DNA of 64,000 nucleotides, taken from assembly GCA_002441285.1 (NCBI GenBank), contig DJVR01000034.1, positions 3,369 to 67,368 on the forward strand, in the 5' to 3' direction. Below the pieces are notes generated by a model. That model saw only the letters and a list, made by a program, of their open reading frames with translations, was not told the DNA's origin and made no database searches. A program made the translations under genes and the position numbers. Origin of the DNA: Candidatus Atribacteria bacterium UBA6251. GTDB taxonomy: Bacteria; Atribacterota; Phoenicimicrobiia; Phoenicimicrobiales; Phoenicimicrobiaceae. This document shows positions 11,688 through 22,175 of the stretch, piece by piece; position 1 is the first letter of the stretch; each line of letters begins with the position of its first letter.

Positions 11688-12245
11688 TTATATTCTTTCT
11701 ACATATCTTTTTTCTCGGGTATCTACTCGAATAATATCTCCTTCTTCGATAAATAGAGGTACCTGAATAATAGCTCCTGTTTCTAAAGTAGCTGATTTTA
11801 AAGCACCGGATACCGTATTTCCTTTAACTCCAGGAACAGTAGAGATTACTTTTAAATCCATAAAATTGGGTAATTCTGCCCCAATTAAGCTCCCTTTACA
11901 AAAAACTATCTCTACATCTTCTCCTTCTTTGAGAAATTCCTTTACCTCTTCCACCTGTTCAGAGGATAAAGAAATTTGTTCATAGTTTTCCTTATTCATA
12001 AAATGATAATTTTCTCCATCATTATATAAATATTGCATTACCTTTCTTTCCACTATAGCTTGCTCCATTTTTTCTCCCGCTCGAAAAGTTCTATCCAGTA
12101 CATATCCAGTTTTTAAATTCTTTATTTTGGTTCTTACAAAGGCTCCGCCTTTTCCTGGTTTTACATGGAGAAAATCAATAATTACATATATTTCTCCATC
12201 TAATTCTATGGTCAAACCTTTTTTAAAATCACTAGTAGATATCAA
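11688..12245 (-). CDS. efp: Elongation factor P
   Basis: 185 aa. EF-P signature including the KPGKGGAFVRTKIKN loop. Confidence 0.95.
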   Translation of the reverse strand: MISTSDFKKGLTIELDGEIYVIIDFLHVKPGKGGAFVRTKIKNLKTGYVLDRTFRAGEKMEQAIVERKVMQYLYNDGENYHFMNKENYEQISLSSEQVEEVKEFLKEGEDVEIVFCKGSLIGAELPNFMDLKVISTVPGVKGNTVSGALKSATLETGAIIQVPLFIEEGDIIRVDTREKRYVERI

Positions 12246-12274
12246 ATTTTTACCGCCTTTCTATTTCAATTGTT

Positions 12275-13507
12275 CTAATTTTGTATAAATTTTTGACAAA
12301 GGTCATAAACCTTTTTTCTTACTTCTTTTATAATTTCTTGGTTATTAATATTGGATAAAACTTGATTAATCATTCTGGCTATTTCGATCATTTCTTGTTC
12401 TTTCATTCCTTTGGTAGTAACTGCTGGGGTACCTATCCTTATACCACTGGTTATCATAGGTTTTTGAGGATCAAAAGGTATAGCATTCTTGTTAACAGTA
12501 ATTCCTGCATCTTCAAGGGCCTTCTCTGCATCTTTCCCAGTTAATCCCTTATTTCTTAAATCTACCAGCATTAAGTGATTATCTGTTCCTCCGGAGACTA
12601 AATTATATCCTAATTCTATTAATTGCTGGGCTAATGTTTTCGCATTTTTGATAATTTGTTTTTGATATTTTTTAAAATCTTCTCCCATAGCTTCCTTGAA
12701 ACACACAGCTTTTGCAGCAATAACATGCATTAATGGACCACCTTGAATGCCTGGGAAAATAGTTTTATCAATAAATTTAGCATATTCTTCTTGACAGAGG
12801 ATCAGACCTCCTCGAGGGCCTCTTAAAGTTTTATGAGTAGTAGTGGTAACAAAATGACAAAAAGGAATAGGGCTTTGATGTAAACCAGCAACTACTAAAC
12901 CAGCAATATGAGCTATATCGGCCATAAGATAAGCCCCTACCTCATCAGCAATTTTACGAAAAGTAGAAAATTCTATTTCTCTCGAATAGGCGCTAGCACC
13001 ACAGACAATCATTTTTGGTTTACTTTGATGGGCTAATTCTCTTAAAGCATCATAGTCTATTCTTCCCGTCTTTTCATTTACTCCATATGGAACAATTTTA
13101 AAAAATCTTCCCGAAAAGTTTACTGGGCTACCATGGGTAAGATGACCACCATGGGATAAATTCATAGCTAATATAGTATCTCTTACTTCTAATACACTAA
13201 AATACACGGCCATATTTGCCTGTGAACCAGAATGAGGTTGAACATTAGCATGCTCTGCTTTAAATATTTGTTTGGCTCTTTCTATAGCAATATTTTCAAC
13301 TATATCGATATATTGACAGCCACCATAATATTTTTTCCCAGGATAACCTTCCGCATATTTATTAGTTAAAACTGAACCCTGGGCTTCTAAAACTGCGGGA
13401 GAGACAAAATTTTCTGAGGCAATTAATTCAATCGTATTTTTTTGACGATTCTCTTCTCCCCGGATAGCTTCAAAGATTTCTGAATCAACTTTTCTTAAAT
13501 TATTCAT
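12275..13507 (-). CDS. glyA: Serine hydroxymethyltransferase
   Basis: 410 aa. SHMT PLP site ([14 protein letters not shown]). Confidence 0.95.
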   Translation of the reverse strand: MNNLRKVDSEIFEAIRGEENRQKNTIELIASENFVSPAVLEAQGSVLTNKYAEGYPGKKYYGGCQYIDIVENIAIERAKQIFKAEHANVQPHSGSQANMAVYFSVLEVRDTILAMNLSHGGHLTHGSPVNFSGRFFKIVPYGVNEKTGRIDYDALRELAHQSKPKMIVCGASAYSREIEFSTFRKIADEVGAYLMADIAHIAGLVVAGLHQSPIPFCHFVTTTTHKTLRGPRGGLILCQEEYAKFIDKTIFPGIQGGPLMHVIAAKAVCFKEAMGEDFKKYQKQIIKNAKTLAQQLIELGYNLVSGGTDNHLMLVDLRNKGLTGKDAEKALEDAGITVNKNAIPFDPQKPMITSGIRIGTPAVTTKGMKEQEMIEIARMINQVLSNINNQEIIKEVRKKVYDLCQKFIQN

Positions 13508-13701
13508 ATCTTTACTCCTTATTTATTTTTAGAGGTAAATTTATTGCCAACTTCTTAAAGAATAAGATCCCAAGAATATTTTTTACTTTAAAAAATTGAT
13601 TTGAGCTCCTATTTTTATTTATGCCATTTATTTTTATTTATTCCAGCTTGACTGAATTTTTGTAGGATTTAGCTACAGTTAATCTATATTCCTTTTTATG
13701 G

Positions 13702-14784
13702 TTATAGATTAAGCACTTTTGGAAACCAAGTCAAAATTTCAGACCCATCTTCAGTAATTAAAACCGTGTCTTCTATTCTAACTCCTCCAATATCGGGTAG
13801 ATATATTCCCGGTTCAATAGTAATTACCATTCCTGGCAGAAGAATAGTTTCATTATTGAAGGAAATACCAGGTAATTCATGGATATCCAAACCTACTCCA
13901 TGACCTAAATTATGACCAAAATATTTACCATATCCTCTCTTTTCAATGAATTTACGGGCAAGGCTATCTATATCTTTAGCTTTTACTCCTGATTTCAAAG
14001 CCTTAAGCGCTTCTTCCTGTGCTTCTAAAACTAATGAAAATATCTCTTTCTGTTTTTCATTTTCCTTCCCCAAAAGAATAGTACGAGTTATATCAGAATT
14101 ATAATTTTGAAAATAAGCACCAATATCTATGGTAATCAATTCTCCTTCATTAATCTTTTTTTCAGATGGTTTTCCATGAGGTAAAGATCCTCGATGTCCA
14201 GAAACGACAATTAAATCAAAAGCTTCTTTCTGGGCGCCTTTTTTTCTCATAGTATAAGCTATCTCGGTAGCAATATCAAGTTCTCTTACCCCAGGAGTTA
14301 AATTTTCCAGAACTTCTTTCAAACTTTCAGTGGTTATTTGAGCTGCTTTCTTTAGGCTAATTATTTCATCTTTATCTTTAACCATCCTAATTTGTTCTAT
14401 AAAATCTTTGGTAGAAACATATTCTACTAGAGGAAAGTATTTCTGATAATTCTGGAAATCAGAATAATACAGGCTTTCACTTTCGATAGCTATCTTTTTG
14501 ATTTTTTCTTTTTCAATAATCTTTTTTAAAGCCAGCTCTCGAGAATCTTTTTTCCTTGCTTCATCAACGAGAATTTCACTTTCCGGACTTTCTTTTTCTG
14601 CCTGCTCTCCATATCTTGGATCAGTAAATAAATAGAATTTATTTTTGGTAATCAAGCCGTTTCCTTCTCCGTCAAAACCACTTAGATAAAAAAGATTCTT
14701 CCAGTTGCTTACCAAGAAGGCATCAATTTCTAATTTTTCTTGGATAATTTTCTTTCTAAGTTTTTCTACTCTATCCTTACGCAA
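13702..14784 (-). CDS. M24-family Xaa-Pro aminopeptidase/dipeptidase
   Basis: 360 aa. Metal-binding pita-bread motifs (HNLGHGVGLDIHE, ITIEPG). Located upstream of efp as in Firmicutes papA-efp. Confidence 0.8.
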   Translation of the reverse strand: MRKDRVEKLRKKIIQEKLEIDAFLVSNWKNLFYLSGFDGEGNGLITKNKFYLFTDPRYGEQAEKESPESEILVDEARKKDSRELALKKIIEKEKIKKIAIESESLYYSDFQNYQKYFPLVEYVSTKDFIEQIRMVKDKDEIISLKKAAQITTESLKEVLENLTPGVRELDIATEIAYTMRKKGAQKEAFDLIVVSGHRGSLPHGKPSEKKINEGELITIDIGAYFQNYNSDITRTILLGKENEKQKEIFSLVLEAQEEALKALKSGVKAKDIDSLARKFIEKRGYGKYFGHNLGHGVGLDIHELPGISFNNETILLPGMVITIEPGIYLPDIGGVRIEDTVLITEDGSEILTWFPKVLNL

Positions 14785-14829
14785 TTATTTAGCACCTCCT
14801 TTTAAAATTAACCATCATCTGAGTTAAAC

Positions 14830-16197
14830 TTAATAATTAATTACTTTATTATCTTCTTCTATTGGTTCTCCTATCAAATCATATTCCAGGGTAGAAGTGA
14901 TTTTTACTTTTATCATCTCTCCAATTTTTAATTTATCTGATTTAATAATTACTTTTCCATCTATTTCAGGAGCATCAAATGCACTTCTTCCCAAAATAAA
15001 ACCTGATTTCTCTTTAGTAGCTTCCTCCACTAAAACTTCAATTTCTTTACCCAGATAAGTTTGGTTTATCTCTCTGGATATTTCTTGTTGTACTAACATT
15101 AATTTTTCTAATCTTTCAAGCTTTTTCTTTTTGGGTATTCGAGGAGTAAATCTATAAGCAGGAGTCCCTTCTTCTGGAGAAAAAATGAATGCTCCTAACT
15201 TTTCCCATCTTACTTCTTTTATAAAATTAATTAGCTCGGTAAATTTTTGCTTATCTTCACCTGGAAATCCAACCATAAAAGTACTTCTTAAAACAAGTTG
15301 GGGTATTTCTTTTCTTAATCTTTTAATTAAAGTAAGAATCTCTTTTCTGCTTACCGTTCTATTCATCTTACCTAATATTTCATCATTTATATGCTGTAAA
15401 GGTAGATCTAAATAAGGAACAATCTTGGAAGATTCTCCTATTACCTCAATTAATTGAGGAGTATAATGCGCAGGATGAGTATAGAGCAATCTAATCCATT
15501 TTAAATCTTTTAAAGGAAGCGAAGAAATTCTTTTTAACAATTCTGCTAATTTTAAGTCTCCGTATATATCCCAACCATATTTAGTAGTATCTTGAGCAAT
15601 TAAGATAATTTCACGCAATTTCTGTTTTTGGGAAATTATTTCCACCTCTTTGATTATATCTTCAATCTTTCTACTGCGATATTTTCCTCTTATTTTAGGA
15701 ATTAAACAATAAGAACAATTATTATCACATCCTTCTGCTATTTTGATATAAGCATAAGGTAATGGTGTAATAGTAAAACGAGGAAAAGTGGAATTATATA
15801 AAAAGGTTGGTACTGAGCTAATATAATCTATTTTTTTATTTTTAATAAAAATATTATCGATAACCTGGTTTATCTTAATTAAATCTCCTACTCCTATAAA
15901 AGCATCAACTTCTGGAATTTCCTGTTTTAGATGATTTTTAAAATACCTTTGCGGTAAACAGCCAGCTACTACCAACCCTTTGATTCTTCCTTCTTCTTTT
16001 AATTTAATCGCTTCAAATATTTCTTCCAAAGATTCTTCTACTGCATCCTGGATAAAACTGCAAGTATTGATAATTAATACATCAACTTCATCAACATTGG
16101 AGCAAATTTGATGATTATTTTTTTGTAATATTCCACAGATAACTTCAGAGTCTACTAAATTTTTTGGACAACCCAAGGATTTAATCCCAATTTTCAT
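14830..16197 (-). CDS. rimO: Radical-SAM methylthiotransferase, RimO-like (ribosomal S12 Asp88 methylthiotransferase)
   Basis: 455 aa. MTTase N-domain (LGCPKNLVDSE), CxxxCxxC radical SAM motif (CDNNCSYC), C-terminal TRAM domain. Could alternatively be MiaB-like. Confidence 0.7.
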   Translation of the reverse strand: MKIGIKSLGCPKNLVDSEVICGILQKNNHQICSNVDEVDVLIINTCSFIQDAVEESLEEIFEAIKLKEEGRIKGLVVAGCLPQRYFKNHLKQEIPEVDAFIGVGDLIKINQVIDNIFIKNKKIDYISSVPTFLYNSTFPRFTITPLPYAYIKIAEGCDNNCSYCLIPKIRGKYRSRKIEDIIKEVEIISQKQKLREIILIAQDTTKYGWDIYGDLKLAELLKRISSLPLKDLKWIRLLYTHPAHYTPQLIEVIGESSKIVPYLDLPLQHINDEILGKMNRTVSRKEILTLIKRLRKEIPQLVLRSTFMVGFPGEDKQKFTELINFIKEVRWEKLGAFIFSPEEGTPAYRFTPRIPKKKKLERLEKLMLVQQEISREINQTYLGKEIEVLVEEATKEKSGFILGRSAFDAPEIDGKVIIKSDKLKIGEMIKVKITSTLEYDLIGEPIEEDNKVINY

Positions 16198-16224
16198 ACT
16201 ACTAAGCCATTCTTTCCTTTTCTT

Positions 16225-16599
16225 TTATGCTCGATAAAAAAACTTAAATCTATTTTTATTTTCTATATCAATAGCCTGGACATGTTCTTTTACTACTTCG
16301 GGGGGGCTGAATTTTACCAAACCTATTAAACAAAAAATTAAGATTAATAAGTCTTCAAAAAAACCTAAAAAAGGTAATAAAAAATCAGGTAATAAATCAA
16401 AAGGAGAAATAACATATAAAATTGCAGCGTATACTAATAGCTTTAGATAAAAAGAGACTCTTTTATCTCTTATTAAGCGTAAGGATAATTTAATAAAATT
16501 AGGGATATGGAATAAAATTCGTGCAATATATAGTTTTCTTTTTAAACTATTATAATCATTTTGGCTTTCTTCCGTAGACATATTATTTTCTATCTCCAT
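16225..16599 (-). CDS. DUF1232 (YkvA-like) small membrane protein
   Basis: 124 aa. Sequence (YAAILYVISPFDLLPDFLLPFLGFFEDLL) fits DUF1232. Confidence 0.5.
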   Translation of the reverse strand: MEIENNMSTEESQNDYNSLKRKLYIARILFHIPNFIKLSLRLIRDKRVSFYLKLLVYAAILYVISPFDLLPDFLLPFLGFFEDLLILIFCLIGLVKFSPPEVVKEHVQAIDIENKNRFKFFYRA

Positions 16600-16703
16600 A
16601 AAAAATAAAAATTTTCAAATTATTTATATTTTAGAAGGCATAAAAAAGATTTCAATACCTATTAATTTTAACACAATTAAAAGAATATCGTCAATTAAAC
16701 TAA

Positions 16704-16760
16704 AAAAGGGGACAGTCTACTTTTTACAATTACCTTTAAAAAAGTAGCCTGTCCCCTTTT
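16704..16760 (-). terminator. Intrinsic terminator after the small secreted-protein gene
   Basis: Long inverted repeat AAGGGGACAGTCTACTTTTT / AAAAAGTAGCCTGTCCCCTT, with a U-run on the minus-strand RNA. Confidence 0.7.
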
Positions 16761-16788
16761 ATTGGGGGTATAATGAATAATTTTTATT

Positions 16789-17190
16789 TTACCAACACCC
16801 ACGATATCTGCAAAAATGAGTTGTTTCTATATAACCGTTACTAATGATATAAACTTCTGTTTCTCCTTTTTCAAAAGTTGTAACCTCTGCTCCATCTGGT
16901 GCATCTGCAAAATAGATCCTGAAGGTGCCATTTACTTTTATATCCGGGCCAAACTGATAAGTGCCATCACCGAAATCGATAATGATTATCTTAGTATCCT
17001 TGGTAAGGATTCCCGGATCAAATTCAATAGTTACGTTATTTAAACTTACAGATCCACCCTCTTCTGCGCTTACCCACTCTTGTACCATATCTTTCTTCTC
17101 GGCAAAAACAAACGCAGTTAGAGCAAAAAGGGCAAATACAACTATGATAGAGAGTATAATATAGTGTTTCAAAGATTTATTATTTTTCAT
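16789..17190 (-). CDS. Small secreted/membrane-anchored protein of unknown function, riboswitch-controlled
   Basis: 133 aa. N-terminal signal/TM (IILSIIVVFALFALTAFVFA), a beta-rich domain, C-terminal CRYRGCW. An AGGAGGTG RBS immediately follows a GEMM-like aptamer. Confidence 0.6.
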   Translation of the reverse strand: MKNNKSLKHYIILSIIVVFALFALTAFVFAEKKDMVQEWVSAEEGGSVSLNNVTIEFDPGILTKDTKIIIIDFGDGTYQFGPDIKVNGTFRIYFADAPDGAEVTTFEKGETEVYIISNGYIETTHFCRYRGCW

Positions 17191-17194
17191 TCTT

Positions 17195-17290
17195 CACCTC
17201 CTTCGGTAATCCAGCCATCATAGCTATTAAATAGCTTTAGACCTGAGACTTTGCGTCCTACCCTTTCGGATAGTTTGCTATTATCGAGAG
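17195..17290 (-). ncRNA. c-di-GMP-I (GEMM) riboswitch candidate in the 5' UTR of the 16789-17190 gene
   Basis: Minus-strand RNA AUAGCAAACUAUCCGAAAGGGUAGGACGCAAAGUCUCAGGUCUAAAGCUAUUUAAUAGCUAUGAUGGCUGGAUUACCGAAGGAGGUG. This matches the Vc2-type consensus GGCAAACC-N-GAAA-N-GGGACGCAAAGCC-N-GGCCUAAA. The aptamer runs into the RBS. Confidence 0.7.
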
Positions 17291-17405
17291 TTATGCAAGT
17301 TTAGAACCTAAATCCATCATACCCCCACTAAAAAATTATATCATAGATAATCTTTATTTACAAAAAATACCTTAAATTTATAATTCCTATTTTTGCGTCA
17401 TTAGA

Positions 17406-20400
17406 TTATAATTTTATCTCAGCTAAACATTTATTTATCTCTTCAATAAATCTTTTTGTTCCTATCTCATACAATATCTTTCTTGCTTTCTTTAATTTTA
17501 AAGCAGCCTTTTTTAATTCATCCATTCCTTTCAGCATATCTCCCCATTCGTAATAGCTTTCAGCTTCATTAATTCTATCTCCAAATTTTGAATATAGTTT
17601 TATTGCTTGCTGAAAATATAGCTCAGCATCTACATAGTTTTTGCATTCCTTATATAGCCTTCCCTTTAATTTATAAATATCGGCAAAACCTAATTCGTCT
17701 TCTAATTCCTTAAATATTTTTTCTGCCTGGGAAATATAGTATTCCACTTCTTTTAATTCACTTTTTTTTAAATACTCTTCACCTAAATGAATATAATTAA
17801 TTCCTTTATTATAAATATCGCCAATTTTGTCTGCTATCTTTACACTTTCTTTTAAATAATGAATTGCTTTTTCTGAATCTCCTAAGGAAGAGTATGCAAA
17901 ACCAATATTATTCATAATATTAGAAACAACAATAATATTTTTATTCTTTTGAGCAATAGAAAGACTTTCTTGATAAGCTTCAATGGCTTTTTCCCATTTG
18001 CCTAACATATCATAATAAATACCAATGTTGTTTAAAGCCATCGCATAAACATCTAAAGCTTTTATCCTCTGAGAAAGATCAATACTTTCTTTAAGGTAAG
18101 AATATCCGGTAGAGGTATCTCCTTTAAAAATACTGGCTAATCCTATACTTTTCAAAATAATTGCCATTCTTTTTTGGTTATTCATTTCTATAGCAAGAGA
18201 AAGACTTTTTTTGAGATATTCGATTGATTTATCCCATTGTCCCATATCTCCATAAATATTTCCTAAATTAATCAAAATTAAAGATTCATTATCTTGATCT
18301 TTGATTTTCCTACTATATTTTAGAGCTTTATTAAAATTAGTTTTAGCCTCTTTTCTTTTGCCAATAACTGATTGGGAAAAAGCTAATTTATTATATATTT
18401 CTGAAAGTTTTTTTATTTGTTCATTATTCAGTCTATCTTGTGATTCTAGAATTTTAATACTATCTAAATAATAATAAATAGCATTTTTAAAAGCATATAA
18501 AAATTGAGCTTTATCTCCAGCCTTATTTAAGTAAAATAATGCTTTTTGCCAATTATCACTATTTTTAAAATGATAAGCTAATTCTTCTGATTTTGCGTCA
18601 ATCTTGGTAGAATAAATTTCTTCTATAGCTAAACCTATTTTGTTATGCAAATCTTTTCTAACCTCAAAAAGTAGGCTGTTATAAGCTATTTCTTGAATAA
18701 TTGAATGAATAAAAGCAAAATAATTTTTATGGCCAGTTGCAGGAGTAATTTCTTCAATAAACCTATAATTTTGTAATTTCTTTAGCGATTCTAATAAGAT
18801 TTTCTCTTCCTGGTTGATAACCTTTTTTAAAAGTTCTATTTCAATATTTTTTCCTAAAACTGAAGCTTGATATAATATTTCTTTTAAGGCTAAAGGAAGA
18901 AGATCAATTCTTGCGCGAGCAATACTTTGCACTGTATCCGGAATTTCAAAGTGATCAAAAACATCAGAGTATTTGCCTAATTTATCTTTTTCTACTAAAG
19001 ACCATCTTCTTTCCTCTATTCCACTAATAATTTCTTCGATAAACAAAGGGTTTCCATGGGCCATAGAAATTATCTTATCCTTCATTAAAGAAGAAATATA
19101 TTTTTCTTGGTCTAAAAAATTGATTAGCTTTTTAGATTCTTTATTTTTTAATGGTAATAATCTTATTTTTTTAACTTCAAATAAAGATATATTCTTTTTT
19201 AAAGAGTCTTGAAGACTATAAATAATTAAAACAGGATATTCTTTAATTTCTTTGGAAATTTGGGATAAAAATTCTGCAGAAGCAGTATCAATCCATTGCA
19301 TATCTTCAATAATTATAAGAAGAGGTTGTTGTATAGAGAGACTCCAGAATAATTTTTTCATAATCCCGATAAGTAAATCACTTTCTCTTTTAAATTGATT
19401 GGTTATTTTTTCTGTAAAATTAAGATTTGTCGATAAAAATCTTAAGAAATAAGAAGAAGCAAATAATAAGGAAGCATCAACCTCTTTTATCTTATTTTCT
19501 ATTTTCTTTTTAATCTCTTGAGGTTCATCTTCAAATTTTATTTGAAAAATTTTATTAAATATTTCTTTTATAATATAATATGGTTTTGATTCTTCCCAGG
19601 ATGTACAATTTGCTGATAGAAGGATGAATTTTTGGGTGTAAGAATCATTGGTAAGCTCTGAAATTAACCTTGTTTTACCTATTCCAGATTCCCCACTTAT
19701 TTCAACTATTTTTCCTCGCGATTGAAAGGAGTTTTTTAAGACTGCTTTTAAGGTTTTCAACTCTTTTTCTCTACCAATAAATTGAGTATAATATTTTCTT
19801 TTCTGCTCTGACAAAATATCTTTATTCTTTTCTCTCTTTAAAATATAAGCGGTTACTGGATTTTTCTTTCCTTTTATCTTTAATTCACGAGGTTTAGAAA
19901 ATATAAAAAAGTCTTTAATTCTTTGAAAAGTCTTTTCTCCAATTAATATACTACCAGGTGTGGATTTTTCCTGTAAACGAGAAGCCAAGTTTACCGTATC
20001 TCCTATCACCGTAAATTCTTTTCTGCAAGTAGAGCCAATTTCGCCAGAAATACATAATCCAGTATTAATCCCAATCCTTGCTTTCATACTTATTACTTTA
20101 TTTTTATTTTTTATTTTTCCGTTTTTAGCAATAGATTTCATAATCTCCAAACTTGCTCTCGCCGCTCTTTCTGGATCATTTTCATGACTAAAAGGTGTGC
20201 CAAATATAGCCATTAATCCATCACCCAAAAATTTATTAATACTCCCACCGTATTGCTCAATAATTGAAACTATAGGAGCAAAGACACTATTGATTACTTT
20301 GGTAGCCTTTTCGGGATCCATTCTTTCTGCTAAAGTGGTAAATCCATTTATATCAATAAATACTACCGTAGCTTCTCTTCTTTCGCTAGGTAGGCTTTCC

Positions 20401-20495
20401 TTTCCTTCTAATATCCTATAGGTCACCGCTTCTGGAACATAAGGTTTAAACAATTTTAATATTTTATTTTCTTGATTTTGTTTTTTCTTTTTCAT
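17406..20495 (-). CDS. Class III adenylate/guanylate cyclase domain + AAA/STAND ATPase + TPR repeats signalling protein
   Basis: 1029 aa. N-terminal CHD cyclase domain (VVFIDINGFTTLAE...FLGDGLMAIFG...RIGINTG). P-loop ISGESGIGKTRL. Long C-terminal TPR array. Confidence 0.8.
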   Translation of the reverse strand: MKKKKQNQENKILKLFKPYVPEAVTYRILEGKESLPSERREATVVFIDINGFTTLAERMDPEKATKVINSVFAPIVSIIEQYGGSINKFLGDGLMAIFGTPFSHENDPERAARASLEIMKSIAKNGKIKNKNKVISMKARIGINTGLCISGEIGSTCRKEFTVIGDTVNLASRLQEKSTPGSILIGEKTFQRIKDFFIFSKPRELKIKGKKNPVTAYILKREKNKDILSEQKRKYYTQFIGREKELKTLKAVLKNSFQSRGKIVEISGESGIGKTRLISELTNDSYTQKFILLSANCTSWEESKPYYIIKEIFNKIFQIKFEDEPQEIKKKIENKIKEVDASLLFASSYFLRFLSTNLNFTEKITNQFKRESDLLIGIMKKLFWSLSIQQPLLIIIEDMQWIDTASAEFLSQISKEIKEYPVLIIYSLQDSLKKNISLFEVKKIRLLPLKNKESKKLINFLDQEKYISSLMKDKIISMAHGNPLFIEEIISGIEERRWSLVEKDKLGKYSDVFDHFEIPDTVQSIARARIDLLPLALKEILYQASVLGKNIEIELLKKVINQEEKILLESLKKLQNYRFIEEITPATGHKNYFAFIHSIIQEIAYNSLLFEVRKDLHNKIGLAIEEIYSTKIDAKSEELAYHFKNSDNWQKALFYLNKAGDKAQFLYAFKNAIYYYLDSIKILESQDRLNNEQIKKLSEIYNKLAFSQSVIGKRKEAKTNFNKALKYSRKIKDQDNESLILINLGNIYGDMGQWDKSIEYLKKSLSLAIEMNNQKRMAIILKSIGLASIFKGDTSTGYSYLKESIDLSQRIKALDVYAMALNNIGIYYDMLGKWEKAIEAYQESLSIAQKNKNIIVVSNIMNNIGFAYSSLGDSEKAIHYLKESVKIADKIGDIYNKGINYIHLGEEYLKKSELKEVEYYISQAEKIFKELEDELGFADIYKLKGRLYKECKNYVDAELYFQQAIKLYSKFGDRINEAESYYEWGDMLKGMDELKKAALKLKKARKILYEIGTKRFIEEINKCLAEIKL

Positions 20496-20721
20496 TTTTT
20501 CCTTTTCCGAAGCAAATAAATCCGCCCACTACAACATAACTATTTTATAATAAATCAGGAATTGTTAATATTATAACAAAAGCAGGAAATTAAATAAAGT
20601 CCCAATAATAAAAGGGAACAGACTATTCTTTAGTATTTATTTTCTATAGAAATTAGTCTTTCCCCTTTTTATTATTAAATACCCGTAGGACAGGTGTCTC
20701 GCCTGCCAAATGACACAAAAA

Positions 20722-20762
20722 ATAGGCGAGCTATTTTTTTATATAACTCGCCTATTTCTAAT
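20722..20762 (-). terminator. Intrinsic terminator after the PKD-repeat gene
   Basis: Hairpin AATAGGCGAG...CTCGCCTATT followed by UUUUUUG on the minus-strand RNA. Confidence 0.7.
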
Positions 20763-20783
20763 TTATACTCATCAAATTAATAA

Positions 20784-22175
20784 TTATGGTCCAGTTACAA
20801 TAATTGACTGAAATGCATATCCGATATTTTCTTCTGAATCTTCTACTGTCAGCTGTACAAGATAAGTTCCTGCAGTACTGTAAGTATGAGTAGTTACCGG
20901 AGTAGGTGGTGTCTCATCATGTACCTCTATAGGGCTACCATCATTAAAGTCCCAGGTATAGCTGACTATAGTTGCACCAATTACCGAAGTAGTCGATTCT
21001 GATGCATCAAGTCCAACAGTAAAGGGAGCAGTTCCAGTTGCACTTGAAGGAGTAACCTTGATAACTGCATTTACTCCACTATCCACAGTAATGGTGACAC
21101 TTCCATAACCAACATTTCCTGCAGAATCCGTTATAGTTAGAACAACTATGTAAGTCCCAATATTTGTATAAGTATGAGAAGTAGTAACTCCTGTCCCGGT
21201 CGTTCCATCTCCAAAATCCCAACTATAATTAGCAGTCATAACTCCACATCCAGTTTCAAAAGTACTACCCGAAGCATCGAAATAGACTGTAAACGGAGCA
21301 GATCCTGTTGTACTCGGAGTAACCTGGATGTCCACACTTGTGACTCCTGTCTCTCCTACGGTAATTACTACTGTATCATAACCTTGTTTTCCCCAATAGT
21401 CAGTTACCGTTAATTTAACAATATAGGTACCACAACTACTATAAGTATGGGCTGCCGGCATAACTCCCGTTCCGGATGTTCCGTCTCCAAAATCCCAACT
21501 ATAACTGGCAATCCCGCGATCATCAGTAGAATCACTAGCATCGAAGATTACGGTAAAGGGTGCGGTTCCACTTACTCCAGGTATTACTTTAATCACTGCC
21601 TTTGGTGGTGTAAAGTCAATTCCTGGTTCTATAGCAGGTAAATTAACAGTAACCGATTTATTGATATTGTGACCGGCTCCATCGGTACCAAGTAAGGTTA
21701 TAGTACAAGTAAGTTCGGTTATTAAAGGATTCTTTTTTATATAATCTTTGACTTCTTGAAAATACAAAGGCATATTTTTAATTTCAGTAATTGGACCAGG
21801 GGTACCGGGAGTAGTGGATGGTTCAACATAAAAAGTAGCTCCCACCGTTTTAGTTAATGAACTTATTTTAGTATTTTCTTCATAATATTCGTATTTAAAA
21901 CCTGAACCAATAAATTCTACTTCATTTAAAGAATATACTTCCAAACTAATGGTGCCATCTTCTAAGTTAATTTCTGTATAATTCAATCTTATCTGCGCCT
22001 GGGGGTCAAAGATATTAAGAAGTCCAAAAGAAAGCCAGTTACACCCAACTAATGATATTATAAAACCTAACAATATGGTTATAAATAATATTTTATACAA
22101 ATTCTTTTTATTTTTATATTGCAAAGTCTTGTCCTCCTTTCGAATTATAATTTTGTCATTGCGAGCCTTCTGCAA
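20784..22175 (-). CDS. PKD-repeat surface (lipo)protein
   Basis: 463 aa. Lipobox-like LVGC after a hydrophobic segment. Four tandem PKD domains (YSWDFGDGTSGTG repeated three times, plus YTWDFNDGS). The annotated TTG start lies inside a dispersed repeat, so the true start is uncertain. Confidence 0.75.
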   Translation of the reverse strand: MQKARNDKIIIRKEDKTLQYKNKKNLYKILFITILLGFIISLVGCNWLSFGLLNIFDPQAQIRLNYTEINLEDGTISLEVYSLNEVEFIGSGFKYEYYEENTKISSLTKTVGATFYVEPSTTPGTPGPITEIKNMPLYFQEVKDYIKKNPLITELTCTITLLGTDGAGHNINKSVTVNLPAIEPGIDFTPPKAVIKVIPGVSGTAPFTVIFDASDSTDDRGIASYSWDFGDGTSGTGVMPAAHTYSSCGTYIVKLTVTDYWGKQGYDTVVITVGETGVTSVDIQVTPSTTGSAPFTVYFDASGSTFETGCGVMTANYSWDFGDGTTGTGVTTSHTYTNIGTYIVVLTITDSAGNVGYGSVTITVDSGVNAVIKVTPSSATGTAPFTVGLDASESTTSVIGATIVSYTWDFNDGSPIEVHDETPPTPVTTHTYSTAGTYLVQLTVEDSEENIGYAFQSIIVTGP

